From contig JAFPDB010000140.1 of assembly GCA_017390085.1 (NCBI GenBank), positions 1-52,688 of the forward strand: a DNA stretch of 52,688 nt, read 5' to 3'. The stretch's first letter is position 1, and every line of letters starts with the position of its first letter. A program made the position numbers and the translations under genes. Positions 8,722 through 18,984 of the stretch are shown piece by piece. Source of the stretch: Bacteroidales bacterium. Lineage in GTDB: Bacteria > Bacteroidota > Bacteroidia > Bacteroidales > Marinilabiliaceae. Below the pieces are notes generated by a model, which had not been told where the DNA came from, did no database searches, and saw only the letters and a program-made list of their open reading frames with translations.

Positions 8722-11700
8722 CACACCCGCGGCTCTCCGCCATAACGATTTGCTCCTTGCTCCTCTCCGCCACGGCAACGGGCCAGAAGAGCGTGTCAAT
8801 ATCATGCGGCGAGGACTTCCTTTCAGCCGTCGCGACAAAGACGTATGACGGCACGTCGCGAATTGCGGAAGCCACGCGACAATACATAGCGACGAAAAAA
8901 ATCGCACCAACCATAGACGGCATCGACCAGGGCGACGACGTGACCGTCTGGTTCGACGGCTATTATGCCGACGAGCAGGGGCTGGAGGCGCAAGACGTGG
9001 CAAGCGTCACGCAACTGTTCCTCACGCTGAGCCTCGAGGGAGCCGATGCCTACAAGTATTCCGTGGCGAGCGACGCGACTCTCAACATGCCAGCCAACGT
9101 CAAACCGCTGAACCTTACGAGCGACACAGGATCGCCCATAGCGCAAGAGTTATTGCAAGCCTTCTACACATTTGAGTTTCAAGACACTGAGCTTCGGCGC
9201 GAGATAAGACCACTAAAGAAAGGGGGCGGAGTCTTTAAACTTAGAGACGAAAAGCTTCTCATCTACACCAACGCCGACGAGGGGTTCGCAGTCTACGCCA
9301 CGCAGGGCTACATCCCCAGCTTCGAGACCCTCGGCAAGGCCAAGATGCTCAAGATAGACCTCACCTGCGAGGGCAACGCGAATTACACCATCGACCCGCA
9401 CCGGACCAACTATTGCGACGATTGCGCTTCCGTCATCAATACACGCCCGCGATATGTGGTAAAGCCCGACACGGTTGTCGACTACGGAACTAAAGTCATG
9501 CTCGTGGCGCAGGACCCCCCCACGTGCACGACATACATTTACTACGGCACCGATTCCGCCACCAAGACCAAAGACCTGCCGGGCGGAATACTATGCGCGG
9601 GCAGGCACACGCTGACGGCCGTGCCGGTGAAAACTGACAACTATGACGACGCCCCGCAACACTTCAGCGTCAACGTCCGCCCCCGAGTGCTGACCGTTAA
9701 TGGCACGCCCTCCGTCGCGTCGCGCGCCTACGACGGCACGTGCCTTCCCGGCTCAATCTCGCTACCCGAACTCGACAAGTCCAACGTCTGGCAAGACGAC
9801 ACCGTCTCGCTACGCTACGAGGTCGACGCCTCGGCGGTCAAGCCCGCGGCGGGAAACTACATCTTGAGCCTCACGCCGCGCCTGACAAACCCCAACTACA
9901 CACTTGACGACCTCTCGACCCTCTTCATAACATTCAGCATAACAGAGGCCAAAACCCCCACCCTGTCGCTCACTGGCGACGAGCTGCCCTCCGTCGACAA
10001 GACATACGACGGCACGACGGAACTGCCGCTCCCCGAGGGCGGCGTGGCCCTGCCCGACAACAACGCCCACATAACCGGCGCCTACTACGACTCGCGCAAC
10101 GCCGGAAAGCGCGGCATAACAGTTGTCGTGAAGCCGGACGACAACTACCTGCTCGACGACGGGACAAAAGAACGCGAAGTCACCTACCCCAAGACCGGCA
10201 CAATCCTCAAACGCGACCTGACCATCAACCCCGACGCGGCCGTTGAGCCTAAAACATACGACGGCACCACGGGCATCGACCTCAAAACCATCACGTTGCC
10301 GACCCTCAACGGCGTAATAGCCGGCGACGACGTGCTGCTAAAGCCCGTCAACGCCGAAACCGACAAACCAGACCCCGGCAAACGCACCGCCACCATAAGT
10401 TTTGCCGCCCTAATGGGCGACGACGCGGCCAACTACGCGTTGAAAACACTGAAAACCACCGCGCCGGTCATTATCAATCCACGAGTCAAAAACGAGGTTC
10501 GCATCGTCTTGCGCGGCGACACGGCACTCACCTATGGGCAATCGACCATAGGCGCGTCGGACCCGGCCGACCTGCATATCGAGACCGAACCCCTCATAAG
10601 CGGCACTCTCATCATCGACGGGCATGAGGGAGGCGTGGCTCTCAACGCAGGCGTCAACGTGATCCGCCTCACGTTCGTGCCGCAAGACACGCTGACCTAC
10701 GCCACAGCCGACACCGTCGTCACAATCAGGGTGGCGCGGCGCAAGCTGTCGACCTACGGCTCTTTCGCCGCCATGAGCAAGATATACGACGGCACGACCA
10801 GCGTCGAAACGTCGACACTCACCCTGCCAGCGATTATCGGGTCCGTCGAGGGCGACGACATCGACCTGACAGTCGCGGAAGCCCATTTCGCCACGAAAAA
10901 CGTTGGCGGCAATTCCGTCGCCGCCCAACTCTCACTCTCGGGCAAAGACGCCGCCAACTACACCATTTCCGCCAACCTGCTGCAAGTGGAGGCCGACGCC
11001 CAGATTACGCCCCTCGCCCTCACGCTAACCGACACATTCGCCTCCTCGGGAAAAGTTTACGACGGTACGGCAGATATCGACAACGACAAGCTCACGCTCC
11101 CTGAAATCGTGGGGTCTATTGACGGCGACAACATTGGTTTGAAAATTAAAACGGCCTCGTTCGCTTCGGCAAGCGTCGGAAGCAATTCAGTCCACGCCAC
11201 GCTCACTCTCTCGGGCGACGACGCAGCCAACTACACAATCGACGAGAGACTCTTGAATGTCGAGGCGCAAGCGGAAGTTTCGCCCCGACCTGTCACGTTC
11301 TATGGCTCATTCGCTGCAAAAGACAAAGTCTACGACAGGACGACGGACGTAAATCCTGATTCCGTATCCCTACCAAAATTTGAAGGAGTCATAAATGGCG
11401 AAGATATTACTTTAAAAATTGAGAGCTTATTCTTCGCAACAAAGGAAGCTGGCCAAAACACCGTGATTGCCACATTATCACTCTCGGGCGACGACGCAGC
11501 CAACTACTCGGTCGACGAAGCCCTGCTCTCGGTCGAGACGGAGGCCGCAATTCTTCCTAAACCATTGACCTACAATCCGCTGATTGCCAAGTTCGAACCA
11601 AGGTATTACGACGGGACAACCATAGTGGCCGACAGCCAAATCGTATGCCTCCCTCACCTCGTCGGCATAATCCTCGGCGACGAAGTCTCGCCCGTTTGGA

Positions 11701-12728
11701 CGGCGGAATACGAGTCGGCGGAGGTAGGACCTAACGACATAATCCTCTCATGCTCGCTCACCGGCAAAGACGCCGGCAACTACTCTCGCCCCGACGACAC
11801 GGCAATAAACTGCGAAATCTTGGAGCGTAAGACCGAGCCAACTCCTGAACCTGAACCAACTCCTGAACCTGAACCAACTCCTGAGCCTGAACCAACTCCT
11901 GAGCCCGAGCCATCTCCTGAACCTGAGCCAACTCCTGAGCCCATCGTAGCGACCCTAATATCGTCGCACGTCATGACCATATGCGCGACGGGCGAGGCCA
12001 CCATCATAGCCGTCGTAGAATCCGGGCAACCATCGCACTACAACATCTCGTTCGACGATGCCGCCCTAAAGGCCGGATATGCCGACATAGTGGCGGCGAC
12101 GATACCCGAAACGGATGGTGACGAATACCGTATACCGGTACCGTCGCCCACGGGCGACGCCTACGGGACCATCGGCGGCACACTAACGCTCTGCCAAGCC
12201 GACGGCGCTTGTTCTGCCGCCATACCGTTCAGCATCTCGATCAGGCCGAGCGCGTCGATTGTGGGCGTCAAATTCGGCAACACGCTCTTCGTCGACAACT
12301 CCTCCTACCGCTTCACAGCCTACCAATGGTATGCCGACGGAAAGCCTATCGACGGCGCCACACGCCAATTCTACCACTCGTCGCCACTGCCCGAGGGCGA
12401 CTACACCGTGCGCCTTACACTGGCCGACGGCGATACGGCCGCTACTTGCCCATTTGCCGTAACGTCATTGCCCGACACGGATTCCAACTCACTCTCACTT
12501 TCGCCAAGCCCCGCAACGTTCGGGGCGAGCGTCAGGGTCGTGGCGACCGAAATTGCGGACGGAGAAGAGTTGACCGTTGAATTCTTCAACGCTTCTGGCT
12601 CGCTTTGCGAAAAGGCGACAGTAAGGAACGGCGAGACAATCGCCGTCACGCTCAGGCAGGGCGTTTACGCCGTCAGGTGCACGAGCGGCGGCTCCCGCGC
12701 TGGCCAGACCACATTTGCAGTCAAATAA
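8718..12728 (+). CDS. large T9SS-sorted cell-surface repeat protein (YDGT/MBG-like repeats, adhesin-like)
   Basis: The start was set at ATG 8718 (signal peptide MTHPRLSAITICSLLLSATATGQ), which overlaps the thiE stop as ATGA. There are at least 8 repeats of the pattern (K)xYDGTT...LP...G...GDD...L......AANY. An (EPTPEP)n linker follows. The C-terminal ~80 aa (LSLSPSPA...GVYAVRC...TTFAVK) resembles a T9SS type A sorting domain. Confidence 0.85.
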   Translation: MTHPRLSAITICSLLLSATATGQKSVSISCGEDFLSAVATKTYDGTSRIAEATRQYIATKKIAPTIDGIDQGDDVTVWFDGYYADEQGLEAQDVASVTQLFLTLSLEGADAYKYSVASDATLNMPANVKPLNLTSDTGSPIAQELLQAFYTFEFQDTELRREIRPLKKGGGVFKLRDEKLLIYTNADEGFAVYATQGYIPSFETLGKAKMLKIDLTCEGNANYTIDPHRTNYCDDCASVINTRPRYVVKPDTVVDYGTKVMLVAQDPPTCTTYIYYGTDSATKTKDLPGGILCAGRHTLTAVPVKTDNYDDAPQHFSVNVRPRVLTVNGTPSVASRAYDGTCLPGSISLPELDKSNVWQDDTVSLRYEVDASAVKPAAGNYILSLTPRLTNPNYTLDDLSTLFITFSITEAKTPTLSLTGDELPSVDKTYDGTTELPLPEGGVALPDNNAHITGAYYDSRNAGKRGITVVVKPDDNYLLDDGTKEREVTYPKTGTILKRDLTINPDAAVEPKTYDGTTGIDLKTITLPTLNGVIAGDDVLLKPVNAETDKPDPGKRTATISFAALMGDDAANYALKTLKTTAPVIINPRVKNEVRIVLRGDTALTYGQSTIGASDPADLHIETEPLISGTLIIDGHEGGVALNAGVNVIRLTFVPQDTLTYATADTVVTIRVARRKLSTYGSFAAMSKIYDGTTSVETSTLTLPAIIGSVEGDDIDLTVAEAHFATKNVGGNSVAAQLSLSGKDAANYTISANLLQVEADAQITPLALTLTDTFASSGKVYDGTADIDNDKLTLPEIVGSIDGDNIGLKIKTASFASASVGSNSVHATLTLSGDDAANYTIDERLLNVEAQAEVSPRPVTFYGSFAAKDKVYDRTTDVNPDSVSLPKFEGVINGEDITLKIESLFFATKEAGQNTVIATLSLSGDDAANYSVDEALLSVETEAAILPKPLTYNPLIAKFEPRYYDGTTIVADSQIVCLPHLVGIILGDEVSPVWTAEYESAEVGPNDIILSCSLTGKDAGNYSRPDDTAINCEILERKTEPTPEPEPTPEPEPTPEPEPTPEPEPSPEPEPTPEPIVATLISSHVMTICATGEATIIAVVESGQPSHYNISFDDAALKAGYADIVAATIPETDGDEYRIPVPSPTGDAYGTIGGTLTLCQADGACSAAIPFSISIRPSASIVGVKFGNTLFVDNSSYRFTAYQWYADGKPIDGATRQFYHSSPLPEGDYTVRLTLADGDTAATCPFAVTSLPDTDSNSLSLSPSPATFGASVRVVATEIADGEELTVEFFNASGSLCEKATVRNGETIAVTLRQGVYAVRCTSGGSRAGQTTFAVK
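10741..11830 (+). repeat. four tandem ~270-bp coding repeats (YDGT/MBG-like domains) inside the adhesin gene
   Basis: Repeat units start near 10741, 11011, 11281 and 11551. The translated units align by eye (FAA.SK.YDGT...LP...G...GDDI.L......FA...VG.N.V.A.L.LSGDDAANY). Confidence 0.7.
11835..11943 (+). repeat. six tandem 18-bp units (gaaccaactcctgaacct-like) encoding an (EPTPEP)n linker
   Basis: Read directly from the sequence at 11835-11943. The units differ only by synonymous or near-synonymous changes. Confidence 0.85.
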
Positions 12729-12771
12729 AGACCGCATACGGACAAAAAACGTATATTCGCGCATACTGATT

Positions 12772-12865
12772 GGCAGTGAGCCACGAGGGGTGCTGAGAAA
12801 GCTCGGCTGAGATTATACCCGGAAAACCTGATTCAGGTAATGCTGACGAAGGGAATACAGGCAAT
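12772..12865 (+). promoter_or_regulatory. TPP (THI-box) riboswitch
   Basis: Contains ACGAGGGGUGC ... CUGAGAUUAUACCC ... AACCUGAUUCAGGUAAUGCUGACGAAGGGAA, which matches the conserved THI-box core (compare E. coli thiM: GGGGUGC, CUGAGA.AUACCC, ACCUGAUCUGGAUAAUGCCAGCG.AGGGAA). It lies upstream of thiS-thiG-thiC-thiH. Confidence 0.85.
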
Positions 12866-12890
12866 TTTTTCTAATCGACGTGCGAAAGCG

Positions 12891-12920
12891 AAGGGGCGAC
12901 GAGCCATAAGCCCCCTTTTC
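12891..12920 (+). terminator. possible riboswitch expression-platform hairpin with T tract
   Basis: GGGGC (12893-12897) pairs with GCCCC (12910-12914) across a 12-nt loop and is followed by CTTTTC. The stem is short, so the call is weak. Confidence 0.3.
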
Positions 12921-13046
12921 GGCACACCCCCGCGAAATTCACTTACGAACCGTTCACGAGCCATGCGCGGCAAGTTTTTCTGCCGCGCCACGGGTCGGCT
13001 TTACCCGCCCCACCCTCTCGACAAAACAACACTTCACATAATTCTC

Positions 13047-13244
13047 ATGAAAATCTACGTAAACGACAAAGAGACGGAATTCGGCGGCCAGACCGTCGCC
13101 GAACTCGTGGCGCAGCTCGGGATGCCCCTCAACGGCGTGGCCGTCGCCATAGGCATGGACATCGTCCCCCGCTCCGAATGGGACGAGAAAAAACTCGCCG
13201 AGGGCGACAAAGTGATGATTATCAGGGCCGCGAGCGGAGGTTAG
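13047..13244 (+). CDS. thiS: sulfur carrier protein ThiS
   Basis: 65 aa from the internal ATG at 13047 (MKIYVNDKE...), ending in the diagnostic C-terminal GG. The tracked ORF 12840..13244 N-terminal extension runs through the riboswitch and is not credible. Confidence 0.8.
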   Translation: MKIYVNDKETEFGGQTVAELVAQLGMPLNGVAVAIGMDIVPRSEWDEKKLAEGDKVMIIRAASGG

Positions 13245-13304
13245 CCCATCGGCTCGCCACTGACATCCCCCCATAAAAGTTCACCTCGACACAAAAAACG
13301 AAAA

Positions 13305-15829
<2,525 letters not shown>

Positions 15830-15864
15830 ACAGGATTAACTATTAAAAACCACTGCAAACCAAT

Positions 15865-16977
15865 ATGTTTTCAGACGAATTGCTGAAAATATCGTGGGAC
15901 GAGACCACAGACAGGATATACAGCAAGACGGAGGCCGACGTCCGGCGCGCCCTCGGCAAGAGGCGTTGCGACGTCGACGACTTCATGGCCCTCGTCTCCC
16001 CCGCCGCCGCCCCCTTTCTCGAGCAAATGGCCCGTCTGAGCCAGAAATACACCCTCGAGCGTTTCGGCAACACGATCCAGATGTTCATACCCCTCTACAC
16101 GACCAACTCGTGCACCAACTCGTGCGTCTACTGCGGGTTCCACGTCTCCAACCCCATGAAACGCACGATACTGACCATGGAGGAGGTCGAGAACGAGTAC
16201 AAGGCCATCAAAAGGCTCGGCCCCTTTGAGAACATTCTGCTCGTCACGGGCGAGAACCCCGTCAAGGCCGGAGTGGACTACATCCAGAAGACCGTAGAAA
16301 TAGCGAAAAAATACTTCTCGAACATCAAAATAGAGGTCATGCCTCTCAAGGCCGAAGAATACAGACAACTGGCCGACGCTGGCATGAACGGCGTCATCTG
16401 CTTCCAAGAGACATACCATAGGGAGAAGTATAAAGACTACCACCCACGCGGCATGAAGAGCAACTTCGAGTGGCGAGTCAATGGTTTCGACCGCATGGGC
16501 CAGTCGGGCGTCCACACCATCGGCATGGGTGTGCTGGTCGGACTCGAAGAGTGGCGCACCGACATGACCATGATGGCCTACCACCTGCGCTACCTCGAGA
16601 CACACTATTGGAAGACGAAGTACAGCGTCAACTTCCCGCGCATGAGGGCGTCGGAGAACGGAGGTTTCCAGCCCAACGTCATAATGTCGGACAAGGAGCT
16701 GGCACAACTCACCTTCGCCTACAGGATTTTCGACCACGACGTCGACATTAGCTACTCGACACGCGAGCCGGCCGAAATCCGCGACCATATGTGCGCCCTC
16801 GGCGTGACAACAATGAGCGCCGAGAGCCATACCGAGCCGGGCGGCTACTTCAGCTACCCCCAGACGCTCGAGCAATTCCACGTCTCCGACAACCGCAAGA
16901 CCGCAGACGTGGCCGCCGCCATACGCCGCGCAGGCCGCGAACCCGTCTGGAAAGATTGGGACGACGTCTTGAACTAA
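15865..16977 (+). CDS. thiH: 2-iminoacetate synthase (radical SAM)
   Basis: 370 aa with the CTNSCVYCGF radical-SAM motif, positioned in the thi operon. Confidence 0.85.
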   Translation: MFSDELLKISWDETTDRIYSKTEADVRRALGKRRCDVDDFMALVSPAAAPFLEQMARLSQKYTLERFGNTIQMFIPLYTTNSCTNSCVYCGFHVSNPMKRTILTMEEVENEYKAIKRLGPFENILLVTGENPVKAGVDYIQKTVEIAKKYFSNIKIEVMPLKAEEYRQLADAGMNGVICFQETYHREKYKDYHPRGMKSNFEWRVNGFDRMGQSGVHTIGMGVLVGLEEWRTDMTMMAYHLRYLETHYWKTKYSVNFPRMRASENGGFQPNVIMSDKELAQLTFAYRIFDHDVDISYSTREPAEIRDHMCALGVTTMSAESHTEPGGYFSYPQTLEQFHVSDNRKTADVAAAIRRAGREPVWKDWDDVLN

Positions 16978-17005
16978 CGACAACCTTTGCCAAGTAAGAA
17001 GCGGC

Positions 17006-17060
17006 GAACCCCTGCCTATCGGGACTCCACTCCCTTGATGAGGCAGGGGTTCTGTTTATG
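17006..17060 (+). terminator. intrinsic terminator after thiH
   Basis: A 12-bp perfect stem, GAACCCCTGCCT (17006-17017) / AGGCAGGGGTTC (17041-17052), is followed by TGTTTATGGTTT. Confidence 0.6.
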
Positions 17061-17247
17061 GTTTGATATTTACAAAATATTGATTTTCAGTATTTTGTGT
17101 AACACAAAAGACCTCTTCTAAACATGGTTTGCGCCAGAATGGCACCATTTGTGAATATTGTCAGGCGGCGGCATACGTAAGTGGGCGACCCTTGCAAAAC
17201 CGCACCTTATGGACTATAATTGCATTACACGTAAAATTATTCTAAAA

Positions 17248-18084
17248 ATGAAAAGCTTAAGAACTACCCTCGCGACGGCACTCGCGGCCATGACCGTCGC
17301 CGCCACGGCCCAGCAACGCGCCGACGCACCCTACCTGACGCAAGACGAGATGCCCGACGGAGTCGTCATCCTGCCGTCGCCGCCCGACACCACCGACGCC
17401 GCTTTCTTCAACGACTGGCTCGTCTACAATCGCGGACTCAAAAAACGCCACTCGCCGCGCGGCAAGCAGGCTAAGGCCGACGCCGAATACTCTTGGACCT
17501 ACATCGCCAACTACTACTCGAAGGCCATCGGCATCGAGATAAACGCCGAGAAGACGCCCGCCATCTTCCACCTCATCAGCCGAGCCGCACGCACGGGTGG
17601 CGACGCCACGTGGAAACCCAAGAAACACTACCAGCGCCGCCGCCCGTTCGTGGTCTTCAACCAGCACACCATGACCCCCGACCATGAGCGCGACCTCGCG
17701 CGCAACGGATCCTACCCCTCGGGCCATACGTCGATGGGCTGGGCCGTGGCCCTGGTCCTCGCGGAGGTATGCCCCGACGCGCAAGACAGCATCCTCTACC
17801 TCGGTTATCAATATGGGCAGAGCCGCACCATCGTCGGCGCGCATTGGCAGAGCGATGTCGACGCCGGACGCGTAATGGCGAGCGCAGCCGTGGCGCGGAT
17901 GCACTGCTCGCCCGACTTCCAAGCCGACATGGCCGCCGCGAAGGCCGAATACGCCAAAATAACAGGCAAGGACAGCGTCAAAATGCCCAACGTCATGGAC
18001 CCGCAGAAGGCACACCGCCGCCGGAGCAGGCACAATCAGCATGGCGGAGCGGAGGGCAAAGTAGGCTCTCCACGCGCATATTGA
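17248..18084 (+). CDS. class A (PAP2-type) non-specific acid phosphatase, secreted
   Basis: The start was set at ATG 17248 (signal peptide MKSLRTTLATALAAMTVAATAQQ). It carries the signature KX6RP (KKHYQRRRPF), PSGH (PSGHTS) and SRX5HX3D (SRTIVGAHWQSD) motifs. Confidence 0.8.
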   Translation: MKSLRTTLATALAAMTVAATAQQRADAPYLTQDEMPDGVVILPSPPDTTDAAFFNDWLVYNRGLKKRHSPRGKQAKADAEYSWTYIANYYSKAIGIEINAEKTPAIFHLISRAARTGGDATWKPKKHYQRRRPFVVFNQHTMTPDHERDLARNGSYPSGHTSMGWAVALVLAEVCPDAQDSILYLGYQYGQSRTIVGAHWQSDVDAGRVMASAAVARMHCSPDFQADMAAAKAEYAKITGKDSVKMPNVMDPQKAHRRRSRHNQHGGAEGKVGSPRAY

Positions 18085-18127
18085 CCCTGATCCTGTCGTT
18101 TTAGGACGACACACTCCCCCACACCAT

Positions 18128-18167
18128 CAAAAAAAGGCTACGGCAGCAGTGCCGTGGCCTTTTTTGA
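18128..18167. terminator. bidirectional intrinsic terminator between convergent genes
   Basis: An A-run, then GGCTACGGC (18136-18144) / GCCGTGGCC (18151-18159, one G.U pair), then a T-run (CCTTTTTTGA). It sits between the phosphatase (+) and the TenI-like gene (-). Confidence 0.65.
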
Positions 18168-18314
18168 TGCCGGGTGTGGTTTCATTTTGGTGACGACATG
18201 GAAAGGCTGCCGCGCGCCTGTCGCGGCATTCCATGAAATACAGGACAACGCCCAAAAATACGCTGCCATGCGACGCTACAGTGACCGCTTTCAATCTTTT
18301 TGCGGCCAACCCGA

Positions 18315-18908
18315 CTAATGCCCCATCGCCCCGCGATACTCACCATACCGCCTCATTATGTCGCCCATGGTCCTGTCGCCCCACAGACCACCGAGCACAG
18401 CCGCGCCGCCAAAACCCATAGCCGCCACTTGGGCGACGTTGGCTGACGTTATGCCGCCAAGGGCGGCGACTTTGGAGTCTATCACGCCACTTGCGGACGC
18501 CGCGCGTATATCCGAGTCCGAAAAGGCTGACTTGTAGCCACTTTTGGAGACGCTGTCGAAAATGGGGCTCAGGAAAAGGTAGTCTACCGTCGATTTCTCG
18601 CGCTCTACCTCCTCTATGGAGTGGCACGATATGCTCAACGTGCCAAAAAAACCGTCGGGCACGTGGCGGAAGCCATTGCTCAGGTGCATCCCGACGCCCT
18701 CTAACTTTTGGGCGAGGCTCGGAAAGTAGTGTATGGCCAGGCGTTGGCGGAAAGGCTCCTCTATTTGGCGAATAAACCCCTCCACGTCGGCTTCGCCGGC
18801 GCCGGGCTTGCGTATATGCAGGCGTTCCAGCCCCTCATGAAAAAGTGCGTTTACGGCTTCCGCCTCGCCCTCGAAGAAGTCGGGCCACGATATGGCTATC
18901 AGTCTCAT
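18315..18908 (-). CDS. thiamine-phosphate synthase family protein (TenI/ThiE-like paralog)
   Basis: 197 aa. The MRLIAISWPDFFEGE..LHIRKPG start and the GGI..AN motif resemble the short ThiE/TenI paralog that ends Bacteroides thi clusters. Confidence 0.7.
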   Translation of the reverse strand: MRLIAISWPDFFEGEAEAVNALFHEGLERLHIRKPGAGEADVEGFIRQIEEPFRQRLAIHYFPSLAQKLEGVGMHLSNGFRHVPDGFFGTLSISCHSIEEVEREKSTVDYLFLSPIFDSVSKSGYKSAFSDSDIRAASASGVIDSKVAALGGITSANVAQVAAMGFGGAAVLGGLWGDRTMGDIMRRYGEYRGAMGH

Positions 18909-18984
18909 CCCTATATGCCCAAAATCGCACGGAGAAGCCGTTTTAATCGACTTTCGCCGTGCGATGGCATGATTACATATTTCG

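Noticed and set aside
8718-12728. Diversity-generating retroelement or invertible-promoter control of the repeat adhesin.
   Set aside because: There is no reverse transcriptase gene and no template repeat resembling the C-terminal region. I also found no flanking inverted repeats or recombinase gene near the adhesin.
12840-13046. N-terminal extension of thiS in tracked ORF 12840..13244 (134 aa).
   Set aside because: The extension overlaps the TPP riboswitch and leader. ThiS proteins are about 66 aa, and an ATG at 13047 gives a canonical MKIYVN...GG protein.
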